Position numbers and translations under genes: made by a program. A stretch of DNA of 64,000 nucleotides, taken from NCBI GenBank assembly GCA_951406725.2, contig OX597814.1, positions 169,694,001-169,758,000 of the forward strand. The letters run 5' to 3'. Source of the DNA: Octopus vulgaris (Eukaryota). How positions within the stretch are numbered: position 1 is the stretch's first letter; each line of letters begins with the position of its first letter. Below, piece by piece: positions 49,520 through 61,139 of this stretch. A model generated the notes under the pieces. The model did no database searches, was not told the DNA's origin, and saw nothing but the letters and a program-made list of their open reading frames with translations.

Positions 49520-51649
49520 TACATGTGATGCATATGAAGGAAGACTGGTAAAGGCTGATCACAAGATGCTGAAGGAGATAATGATGGATTGCAACAAGTG
49601 GTGGTGATGGTAATGATGTTTATGATTATGATGATGATGATAGCAATAGTACTAGCGATGGTTCTGGTGGTGTTGATGTTGAGATAGGTGGAAGATGACG
49701 ATGGTGATTTTAAAAATGGGGCATGATGATAATACAGATGGTGATGATAGAGGTGGTGGTGTTTTGGCTGTGATGCATAGAAATTGTGATAAAGTGATGA
49801 TATTTTTTTATAGTTCTAAGATGTTAGTTGTGGAGTTGGGAATCCTCAAACCACAAAGCTAGGATAATAATGGTTGGGTTGTCAGAAAACATTCATATCC
49901 ACATCTTGCAAGCCAACATACACCTGCATGCACACAGATAATGAAAACACAGCACAGAGAGAAGAGGAGGAAAGCTAAGGAGAATGAAAAAATTAAAGCA
50001 AAACAAACAAATGCAAATATGCACAATCCCCTCATCAATTGTCAAGCAAACATCATCACTATTTCAACACCTTTCTGTTCTAACGATCTTGCTCAATCTG
50101 GCAGTGTCAGCAACATGAGTTAGTGGGGTAATAGACAAGTGATCATAGAAAATGAACAAAGACAGGAAAAATTTTTTAAACAAGGAGAGTAATGGAAAAA
50201 AAAAAGTAGTCTTTTGACCAAATGGTAAATTAAGATGAGTTGTGGGGAGAATGAGAAAAAATATAAAACAAATGCATATACATACATACACATGAAAATG
50301 TCTTTTGGCATAACAACAAAATGAAGACAAGTGTGAAGCAATGTTTAGAGAAAAGACAGAGCATCTATCAGTATCAAGAAAAAAAAATGAATGAATGAAA
50401 CAAGCCAAGAGCAGAGAAAAATGGTGACTGACCAGTTCGAAAGTCAGTTTAAGAAAAAAGGTTAGCAGCAAGAGAAATAGGAAGTGGGAGGAGGAAGGCT
50501 TGTGGTGTCTTGTAGGCAAATAGAGAAGGAAAGAGTAACAGGTGAGTTGAAAGAAAGAGAGAGAGAATGTAAGTGAAAAAGAGAGAGATAAAGAGAAGAG
50601 GCAGGGAGAGAGAGTGCTACTGAAGAGACAATCAAACCAAGGGAGGAAAGAGAGGAAAAAAGAGAGAGACAAATAGAAAGCTGCAAGATTGGAAAGTGGG
50701 TTAAATGGATAGATAGAAAGAGAGATAGAAGGATACAATGATAGAAAGCTAGGAAGATATAGACAATGATAGAAATGTGTGTGGATATATGTCTTCTATT
50801 GTTGGAATGTGGCCATGCTGGGATGCTTTAGTTAAACAAATCAAACCCAGTACTTATTTTTAAGTATGATTCTTGTTCTGTGAGTTTCTTCTGCTGAGTC
50901 ATTAAGTTATGGGGATATAAACAAACCAACACCAGTTGGTAACAGAACAGGAAAACACAGACACAAACGTGCATACACACACACACATGCACACTTACAC
51001 ATGTGGTTGCTTTCACTGAAGAAATGGACAATGTGATCAAAAGACCCCAGTTTCACAAAGTCCCCTTGCACCAGTGAATCATATTTGTTAAGAACGCACA
51101 ACACTTTTTGGGAAGAAATGTTCTTTGATAATGAATAACAACAGCTGTCAGATACATGCATATATCTGCATCATCATCATCATCATCATCATCATCGTTT
51201 AGCGTCTGTTTTCCATGCTGGCAAGGGTTGGACGGTATGACTGATGTCTATAGAGTCAGTGGCTGCACTTGGCTCCAATCTGTTTCTGCAGCTGGATGTG
51301 CTTCCTAACGCCAACCACTCCGAGAATGTTGTGGGTGCTTTTTATGTGCCACCAGCACAGGAGCCAGTCTGGTGGGTCTGGCATCAATGACGTTCAAATA
51401 GTGCTTTTTATGTACCACCAGCACAGGGGCCAGTCAGCGGGTACTGGCATCGGCCACATTCAGATGGTGCTTTTTACATGCCACCGGCACGGGAGCCAGT
51501 CACAGAGTGCTGGAATTGGCCACGTTCAGATGGTGCATTTTATGTGCCACTTGTATGGGAGCCAGTCAGGGGGCACTGGCCACAGCTACGATATTGGCTT
51601 TACTTGACTCAACAGGTCTTCTCAAGCATATCATATTGCCCGATGCATC

Positions 51650-51880
51650 AGAGGTACTCTTAACTTTGGAGAGATTCCATCAACCATGCCTTAGAATAAT
51701 CTTAAATATCAAACAGTGGTCTCTTGCAAACCAGACATGGTTGTTCTTTGGCAAGCGAACACATCCAATTTTGAAATGCACTTCATACACAAACACTTTT
51801 CAGCCTGAAAATATTTGTAACTATTGCAGTAGAGTCTGTTTGCTCAAAGCCAGATTTGCTCATCATATGAAATGTGAAGA
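51650..51880 (+). mobile_element. RTE/BovB-like C-terminal fragment
   Basis: CNYCSRVCLLKARFAHHMKC terminal zinc-finger-like motif (ORF 51507-51899). Confidence 0.45.
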
Positions 51881-52385
51881 TGCATGGCTCAGTGGTTAGA
51901 GCATCGGGCTCACAATCATAAGATAGTGAGTTCAATTCTCAGACTGGATTATGTGTTGTGTTCTTGAGCAAGACACTTTATTTCACATTGCTCCAGTTCA
52001 TTCAGCTGTAGAAATGAGTTGCGACGTCACTGGTGCTAAGCTGCATTGGCCTCTGCCTTTCCTTTGGATAACACTGGTGGCATGCAGAGAGGAGGTTGGC
52101 ATGCATGGGTGAATGTTGGTCTTCCATATACATCCTTACCTGGACTTGTGTCTCGGAAGGTAACTTTCTAGGTGCAATCCCATGGTCATTCACGACCAAA
52201 GAGAGTCTTTACTTCATGACATCTCATGATGACATTTGCAAATAGAAGAGAAGGCCTTCTTCTTTAAAGAAGTGGCAATCACCAAATATATTTGACAGGC
52301 ATAATAATTACGAATTTGAATAAGAAAAAAATGTTATATTTGAAGCAAGTGGGATAATTATAAAGATTGAAAAAGGCAGTTGAAT

Positions 52386-52495
52386 GGCAGCCAATCATTT
52401 TATAGTATCTAATATTCATTGAGGAAATGGTATATGTTTTGAAATGTAATCAACAGTATTGTTGCCTGGCAACCAACCAGATTTAGGTCCCGCCA
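52386..52495. promoter_or_regulatory. Candidate RFX X-box plus NF-Y module
   Basis: GCAGCCAATCA (CCAAT at 52391) and GTTGCCTGGCAAC (52461-52473) in non-repetitive-looking sequence. Confidence 0.35.
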
Positions 52496-53053
52496 TTGAA
52501 CCTCTTCGTTTTGTTTTTTTTTCTGTTTCTCTTTTGCCCACCCCTACCCCTGTTTCAAATGACTGTTTATAATGTTTAATAAAATTTATATTAAAATCCT
52601 AACTAATGATATAAATATATACAGAGAGCGATACTATTAAATACATGCATGTATTTAATAGTATATACACACATGAACACACACAAAAAAAAAAAAATGA
52701 GAAAAAATGCAGTAATAACAAGACTGTGATTGTATATTCTGTTAGGCAATAATATTATTAATGTGTGAGCACAGTAACTGACAGTTCATGTCTTCAGATT
52801 TTCAGGAAATGCTCCCAGATATTAAATGACTCATTTAACGTGGCTTTTAGCCATAGTATATAAAGCAACAACGAAGTAGCATTGGTAATGTTGAAAGTAG
52901 TTTTATAAGCAGAATTATGAACCTAGTTTCAATACAGTAATCATCTCAGATTTATTTTCTTCTAACTTTTAAAAGCCTTAGGATCGGTTTCTTAATATTG
53001 ATTTGGTTCGAAATTCTGCAACATATAACAACAGCTGATGTTGTTATTGTTGC

Positions 53054-53093
<40 letters not shown>

Positions 53094-53320
53094 CTGTTAG
53101 TGTTGTTATGAATGTTTTGAGAGATAAATTACTAGGTTTGATAATTGATTTAAACATTTTTTTTCCATTTTTTAAAAAATTATTTATATATATATATATA
53201 TAAACAACTACAGATCAATATATATATATATACTGATACAACAGTAATAAATCAACAACTTAAGTAAATATATAGTAAAGATGATGATGATGATGAAGAT
53301 AAAGATGTCTGTTATTCTTA

Positions 53321-53456
53321 CATCATCATCATCATCTTTATCGTCATTGTTCCCTTTGTTGTTGTTGTCATCGTCTTCGTCATCATCATCATCATCTTTA
53401 TCGTCATTGTTCCCTTTGTTGTTGTCGTCATCGTTTTCGTCATCATCATCATCATC
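53321..53456. repeat. 60-bp tandem duplication of a compound microsatellite
   Basis: 53321-53380 and 53381-53440 are near-identical. Confidence 0.9.
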
Positions 53457-53658
53457 AGCAGCAGCAGCACCACCACCATTGCTGCTGCTGGAAGTGCTGT
53501 TGTTATTGTTACATTGCATTTTATATGCATTTATTTGTAAACAAATTTCTGTTTTGAGGCAAATTCAGTTGATTTCAAGGAGAAATTTTCAAGAATTGCT
53601 ATGGGGAAAACATGTAAAGGAAAATAACAAAGAAATGAACGCACACACACACACATAT

Positions 53659-53711
<53 letters not shown>

Positions 53712-53776
53712 AATCGTCCTGCCCATGCTACCATGGAAAGCGGATGTTAAGCGATGATGATGATGATGATGATGAC

Positions 53777-53854
<78 letters not shown>

Positions 53855-54802
53855 ACATATATCAAAATATCCCCCATAGAAATGTAATATGGTTACAATG
53901 GCTATGGAATTGGATGTTGTGCATTTGTAGTAACCTTCTTTTAAGAAACGGTATGATTAAAAGACCAAACTGTTGCAGAGGTAGCTATGGGAACAAGTGT
54001 ATTCGGTCTTTTACTCTTTCACAAAGCCCAGTAATGAAAGAGGCCTCTGTGTAGTGGCTTAACCTGCTAGAAATAGCAGCCAAACCTTCCTCGAACCACA
54101 CTCTACCATATTAAAAAGGGACGATGTACCTTAGCTGATGTTGTCCTGGATATGTTGTTTATTAGAAAAATATATGATGGCCACTGTCAGAATGCCTATG
54201 GTCATAATTCTGGTCAATCAAGGTTGATCAGTGAGCTAAATATTAATAACAAGGGAGGCTTCTACAGAGTTAATCACAGTAATTGTTTCTAAGATAAGAA
54301 CAAAGCTTGAAATTTTGTTTGAGGAGAATAGTCTAGTATATATATATTAACTCATTTACTTGAAGGTGTCAGGGACATTGAAGGTGCTCTCTTTTACTTG
54401 TTTCAGTCATTTGACAGCGGCCATGCTGGAGCACCGCCTTTAGTCGAGAAAATCGACCCCAGGACTTATTCTTTTGTAAGCCTAGTACTTATTCTATCAG
54501 TCTCTTTTGCTGAACCGCTAAGTTACGGGGACATAAACACACCAGCATCGTTTGTCAAATGACATTGGGGAGACAAACACAGACTATGCAGTTGGTAAGC
54601 AAGCTACTTACCACACAGCCACTCCTGCACCTAACAGTTAGTATGTTGGATTCATGATCATAAGATTACAGTCTCTATCCTTGGATGGGTGATGCATTGT
54701 CTTCTTGAGTAAAACATTTCATTTCATGATGCTCCAGTCCACTGAGCTGGTAAAAATGAGTAACCCAGCGATGGACTGACATCCTATCCAGGGAGGAATA
54801 TA

Positions 54803-55039
54803 TGGAGTTGGCCAAAAGTCACCTGACAGTAAATCAAAAACCATTTAATTCCAAGATTTATATATGTTTAACAACTGAATGAGACTTCACTAATTAACAG
54901 ACAACTGTTGAAAAAAACGGTGATTTTAACTCACAGTATTCAATTATTAAACATTCATAATTGGAATGAATAAATGAAACTGAATATTAAGTGTTTACAG
55001 AATTTTGATTTACTGTCGGGTGACTTTTGGCCAACCCTG
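54803..55039. mobile_element. Tc1/mariner-type MITE inserted in SINE D
   Basis: TIRs of about 37 bp GTTGGCCAAAAGTCACCYGACAGTAAATCAAAA with TA flanks. Confidence 0.88.
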
Positions 55040-55099
55040 TATATGCCAGCCCTATGCTCCTTGTGGAGTAATGTGAATTAGACCTTTTGCATTCAGATT

Positions 55100-55425
55100 A
55101 AAATAATAATAATGAAATTATTGTATACAGTGCTCAGGTGCACCACAACTTGTCAAAGGTGCGTATAAACTATATGCAGTAATGTACAAATGTCTGGAAA
55201 GTGAACAGTGTATGAGTCAGATAGATGCTTGCGTGTGTATGGAGGGGAGAAAATCAAGTGTAGTGTTGGTGAATCTCAGGAAGCATGGAAGTTTTGAAGG
55301 ATGCAGTGCTCTGACAACTAACAACTGAAAGTCATGGGAGCTGTGATGTTTTCTGACTTTGTAAACATGTTCACGGGTGTTAGACAGGTGGAGTTTGAAA
55401 AGGTGCTCAGAGCTATTGTTGGTAA
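55100..55425 (-). mobile_element. CR1/L2-like LINE 3' end
   Basis: LFKLHLSNTREHVYKVRK (TRGH..KL-like motif) followed by a UTR and an (ATT)n tail. Confidence 0.6.
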
Positions 55426-56243
55426 TCTGCCAAATGCAATGTTTATGCATTCACATTGTTTTTAATTAAAAATTCATCTTCTCATAGCCTTGGGATTTAA
55501 ATGATGTGATTGCTTATATTTAGAATAACATTGTATGGTAGGTGTGAGAGGCTAGATCTGGCTTCCTTGAACATAAAACAGACGAAATATTTGGACTAGA
55601 TGTGGCTGTTTAAATGAAGATACTATATTTTATCAACCCCAGAAGATGAAATGCATAGTTGACTTTAGTAGAAATGAACTCAGAACATAAGGAGCTGGAA
55701 AAATTACTGCAAAGTAATTCTTTTTTCTGACAATCTAATAACTTTGCCAATTTTCTGATTTCTCACAAAGGTCCAAGGTCCAAGGTCCAAGGTCACAAAC
55801 TTTAGAGTAGATTTGAAGACAACTGATTAATTGGTTGTAAAATAATTACTTTGTTTGACTTGTAACCATTTTATTGATTCTGGAATGATGAAAGATAAAG
55901 TCAATATCCTGGGATTTGAACTCTGAAAGTAAAAAGGTGTGATTAAATACCGTAAAGCAATTTACACAGTGCTTTGCTAATTCACTGTTATAACAACAAC
56001 AATAACAACAACAGCAATAATAATAATGGTTTCAAATTTTGGTACAGGGCCAACAGTTTTGAAGTGGGGGATAAGTTGATTACATCGACCCCAATACTTG
56101 ACTGGTACTTATTTTATCAACCTCGAAAGGACAAAAGGAAAAATTCCCCTCAGTAGAATTTGAACTCTGTATGTAAAGTCATGAAATGGTGCTAAATATT
56201 TTGTCTGGTGTGCTAATAGTTCTGTAATTTCACTGCCTTATGA

Positions 56244-56298
<55 letters not shown>

Positions 56299-56299
<1 letters not shown>

Positions 56300-56880
56300 G
56301 TATCTCAAAAGGCATGGTAGATCTGCACAATATATTCACTGGCTAATTTGCAAAAACCTGGATCTGCCCCATTATAAAAACTGGTGGGAACGCAAACCAC
56401 CTCCAGCACTTAAAAATGATCACATCTCACCCCTCTGGAACTTCACCATTCAAACTGACAGAAAGATAGATGCAAAAAGGCCGACATTATATTGAAAGAC
56501 TTCAGACAAAAATCATGCCTCCTCATTGATATGACTGTCCCAATCAATATAAATGTATTTGTCAATACCTACCAAAAACTGAGCAAGTATAAAGATCTTG
56601 AAATAGAAATTGGCAAAATGTGGAATCTGAAGACTAAAACTATACCTGTTGTCATAGGTGCCCTAGGAATGATAGCAAAAGGAGCTGATTGCTACCTAGC
56701 TCAGATACCAGGAAACCCCAAAATGGCAGAAATTCAAAAGATAGTGCTTATGGGAACTGCCCATATCCTACATAAAATACTGTCTATGTAATCTCAAATT
56801 TTAAAACAAACTTATAATTTTCTTATGTGTTCTTAAACATTTTCTAGAACAATACTATGTACAAAACCAAATATTATTGT
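56299..56880 (+). mobile_element. R4/Dong-like RLE domain, 5'-truncated at (TAA)n
   Basis: LWNFTIQTDRK..RP, CLLIDMTVP, KLSKYKDLEIEI..WNLK..IPVVIGALG..IQKIVLMGTAHIL. Confidence 0.88.
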
Positions 56881-58690
56881 CACTGCTATTTACTGTCGTC
56901 TTTATTACAACTGCATGCCTCTGGCCACTTTGTATAGCTATCCACAATGATTAGATAGTATGCACCATTCACTGGGCCAGTGTAGTCGATATGTATCCTG
57001 GATCATGGGCTTTCAGTCTTTGTGCATAGACCTATTTTGTCTGAGAGTACTTGCAGAAACATTTTTTAAAACTTACTCTTCAGACGAATTATTTTTAGAG
57101 GGACAACCATTTGTGTTTGTACAATAGAAATTTATGGGGAGGTCCCATAAATTGACTAATTCTAACCAGTTGGTACCCAACAGATTTGTTGCATTTTTAA
57201 CGATGAAGACTTTCTTTCGCCTTGCATGTTTTCCCTTTAAATGTGACATTAGTCCACATTTCACCCATGGAATTTAACTTGTCTCCCATCACGCTACGAG
57301 CAGATTTTACTGTTTTTCTCAACATAGGTTTCTCTATTTTCTTCCATATGTCTATATTTATTATTGAAATATCACTTCCAGTATCCAAATGAAGTTTAAT
57401 ATGTATTCCATTTGTTTTTATTCGTACAAATTTTCTTATTTGGGTGTCAGTTTCTGTTTCTGCTGAGAGCACTCAAAGATTTTTAACATTTGACCTTCGT
57501 AATTTTGTTATACAGTGTGAACTCTTGTGACCAATTCTTTTGCAACTGTAAGATTTTTGATTTTTAAATGGACAATCTTTTCTGAAATGTATGCACCTCA
57601 CATCCATAACGTGGATTAGGATGTGACGCTCTTTTTTTGTTGTACTTTACTGGTCAGCATATCTGTATTTTTGAGGAATCCTTTTCTTGAATTCTTTCTA
57701 CATCATGTTTCTGGTTTACAATCCTTTGGCATTCTTCTGCCAAGGATTGTAAGGTTAGAACTTGGTTTGCTTATTATGATTTAGAAAGAATTCTTGCCTG
57801 AATTTCTATATCTTCACTTACTGAAAGGCCTTGTACGAAAATAAGACAAGAAATCTCAGGGGTAAGTTCTTTGAGTTCAAAACTTTTACACATCTTGTTG
57901 ACTGTTCCTCCATATGTGATAAAATTCTCATTCTCTTTTTTCTTTATATTCCATCACTTCATTCTAGTGTTAAATAGAGACGTTTTATCACTGAGTATGT
58001 TAGATAGTAATTCTATTGTTTCTTTAAAACAAATTTCATTGGGTTTTGGGGTGATGTGAATTTTTGCAATAACAATCTCACTTTTTGTTTATCCGACCAG
58101 GATTTGTAATCTTGCTTAAAAATCTCATACCTTCTGTAGTACAATGCAAAAGTTATACCCTCCTCTAGGTTATGACTGAATTCATTAACCGAGTTCAAAA
58201 CTCCATCTGGTGAACACAAACTACCTCATATTTTTGACTTGTTTGAATATAGCTCCAATAATTGTTGTTGTTGTAGCTCTTGCTATAATAGTTGGTTCTA
58301 CAACTCCTGTTGCTGCTCTTGTTGCTTTTGCAACTGTATCATGGAAGCTAATAGGTCTTCCATTATTTAACAAGTTGTATCACAAACAAATTGTTAAATA
58401 ACCTACATGAGCTTCGAAGCCCTCGTCATCAGCTGTTGTAGTGTAATTTATTACGTACAATACATAAGATAACCAGACAACAGTAAAAACAATGTTATGA
58501 ACTAACAAATCTCTTTACAAACCAACAATCAGTATTCCTTCTGAAATAATCAACTGACACCATCCAACTTCACTGCAAACTAACACAAACTTCACTTGAC
58601 TCTCAAATCTGAACATACTTGGATCATTACTATTTATACTTTACTCAGACCAGTCTATCTTTCACAAGGGAATGTCATAACTCTCATCAC
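56880..58690 (-). mobile_element. Gypsy-type LTR retrotransposon remnant, RT deleted
   Basis: LTR end ...ACAACA at 58434, PBS-like TGATGACGAGG (58421-58431), gag FALYYRRYE..KVRLLLQK, degenerate CCHC knuckles, protease LDTGSDISII..NLLG, integrase SRIHIDYTGP..LIIVDSYTKWPE. Confidence 0.88.
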
Positions 58691-60582
58691 ATCAAAGGTG
58701 AACTTGACTCTGCTAACTTCTTAGATGTTACATTGGAGATTAAAAAGGGAATTTATAAACCCTTTAATAAACCAAATGAAAACATAAAATATAAAGATAT
58801 TGGAAGTAATCATCCCATATCAGTAACAAATTCACTTATACATAACATTTCATAAAGAATAAACAAATTGTCAGCCAATGAGAATATTTTTAAACTTAAT
58901 GACAACTACTATAAATGATAAAATTAAGTTTAATAAGTCAAATATTGAATCGGATTTAAATAGTAATTTTAATATTGCAGACCTAAAATCTAGTACTATA
59001 AACAAATCTACTTAGAACAAATGTAGTAATGGAGATTTAAAATAGTCAAGTTGATAAAATAACAAGAGTAGGTGATTTTAGTAGCGAGAATAAAAAAGGT
59101 GAACAATTATGTTTATAACAAAAGGAAAAATCATAAGATTGTTGATAACCAGGTTAAAAATTCTTGCACAGCTAATGGAAATGTGGATGTAGTATTCTCT
59201 AATAAAATCTCAGATTCTTTTAATATAAAATTGCCTAAAAGTTAAAAGTAAAATAAATGGATCAAAATCAGAGAATACTTACTCCTTTGAAATCAGATAT
59301 AAAGGTCAAAATTATGATGTTAACTCGAAGAATACTTTATGGTTAATCGTTCCATTTGGAAAACAGGTCAATTACAATTTTTCCAAATTGTTTAATATAG
59401 CAATTGAAAAATATTTTCCAAGAAACTACAGATATTACAAAATTTTTAATTAGCACAAGATTAGATTGGGTTATTGGCTTAGTCGTAAGGTTGCACAAAT
59501 TATAGCAACACTTAATATTAAGATAATATCGAAATTTCAAAAAAGTGATTACAATCAGAATAGCATAATAAATTCTAAGCATGATAACATCAAACAGAAT
59601 AAAGAAACTCAAATAGAAGGAAGCACAAAAAAAATTTAAATGTGATGGAAAGGGAAACAACCCAATTTAACATAAATAATAACATCAAATTGAATTAAAG
59701 TTCAGCTAGAACTAGAACAAAGATAATCTTATCTAAAGGAGTAAATAGTAATAGAGAACTTGATGGAAATGAATTTAATTCTACAATGAATGATCAAATT
59801 GAAACTAAATCTGACAGAAATATAAAAGGCTATCTTTGCAATTGTTCTAAATGGGAATCCTGTTATATGAAAAATATGTGTAAAACTAAAAATGTAATAT
59901 ATGGATGTATAGTTATATCTGAGGGTAAGGAATTCATTTACATCAGTGGGACATCATTAATTTTCAAGAGACTTGTAAATCATTTTTTAGTTCATTTAAG
60001 GACAAAAATAAAAGGTTCAAATGAGTCGTATCAAATTAATCTGGTCTTTCAAGGATAGTAACTATATGATTTTCCGCGAGTTAATTTGTACAACAAAACC
60101 ATACAGACCTGGAACCAATAGTTGTGACCTATGTTTGGAAGAATTTTACAAGATTTTCACATCCAAGGGTAATGTAATAAATTCTAGACAGGACCAAGCA
60201 TTGAGATGCTTGCACATGAGCAAATTTACATTTTCCAAATATGAGTAATTACTATTCAAACTATACAAGGTTTTGAGATGATGGACTGAAAATGATTATT
60301 CAATAAGAATTTGAAATAGAGATTGTTTGCATCATCTGACTTAACAGACAACTCTACATTACACAACACTAAGTGTATAAAAGAAAATCATTAAACGGCC
60401 ATACTGAGGGATATCAAGTTAAGACCCTGAAGAGACTGCACCATTTTATAGTAGTGTTGCAATTGGAATGATTACTAATCGGTGCAATTGAAACATGTTG
60501 GTCTTAATAGACAGTATATAATTATAGAATTAAAGGTAATGCTATTGCTACTTCAGAGTAATTCTTATTTTTAATATTGTCT
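58690..60582 (+). mobile_element. Penelope-like (Naiad-type) element, 5'-truncated
   Basis: RT thumb NFLDVTL..YKPFNKPN..SNHP; CNC..C..C + VIY..YIS + CDLCLEE..INSR..RCLH GIY-YIG region (59786-60248); hammerhead in the 3' region; ends in (TA)n. Confidence 0.9.
60419..60507 (+). ncRNA. Minimal type I hammerhead ribozyme
   Basis: Stem I TTAAGACC/GGTCTTAA, core CTGAAGA (60427-60433), stem II GACTGCACC/GGTGCAATT, GAAA (60490-60493), palindromic stem III ACATGT, cleavage triplet GTT. Confidence 0.8.
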
Positions 60583-60654
60583 ATATATATATACACATGC
60601 ACACATATATATGTATGTATGTATAAAAGTATACACATAAAAGTATATGCATTA

Positions 60655-60816
60655 CAGAAGTGGCTGTGTGGTAAGTAGCTTGCTTACCAACCACATGGTA
60701 CCAGGTTAAGCCTGACCGTGTGGCACCTTGGGCAAGTGTCTTCTAGTATAGTCTCAGGCCAATCAAAGCCTTGTGAGTGGAGTTGGTAGATGGAAACTGG
60801 AAGAAGCTCATCGTAA

Positions 60817-60858
<42 letters not shown>

Positions 60859-61077
60859 ATATATATGTTTGTGTGTCCGTGTTTGTCCCCCCAACATCGC
60901 TTGACAACTGATGCTGGTGTGTTTATGTCCCCGTAACTTAGCAGTTCGGCAAACGAGGCTGATAGAATAAGTACTAGGCTTACAAAGAATAAGCTCTGGG
61001 GTCGATTTGCTCGACTAAAGGTAGTGCTCCAGCATGGCTACAGTCAAATGACTGAAACAGGTAAAAGAGTAAAAGAA
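60655..61077 (+). mobile_element. Full-length tRNA-derived SINE C
   Basis: TGGCTGTGTGG head, internal (TA)n, 3' GCTCCAGCATGGC..AAATGACTGAAACA and (GTAAAAGA)2 tail. Confidence 0.88.
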
Positions 61078-61139
61078 TCTTGTGTATCTTATCATCATCA
61101 TAATTTTAACATTCACTTTTACATGCTCATATAGGTTGG

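Noticed and set aside
50064-50738. 224-aa hydrophobic ORF
   Set aside because: Antisense of a purine-rich low-complexity tract; no domain or splice support.
55768-55795. (AAGGTCC)n resembling nuclear-receptor half-sites
   Set aside because: A simple 7-bp slippage repeat with no independent support.
59786-60420. Selenocysteine-encoding Naiad
   Set aside because: The conserved Cys positions use TGT/TGC, and the 3' hairpin (AGATGATG/CATCATCT) lacks convincing SECIS geometry.
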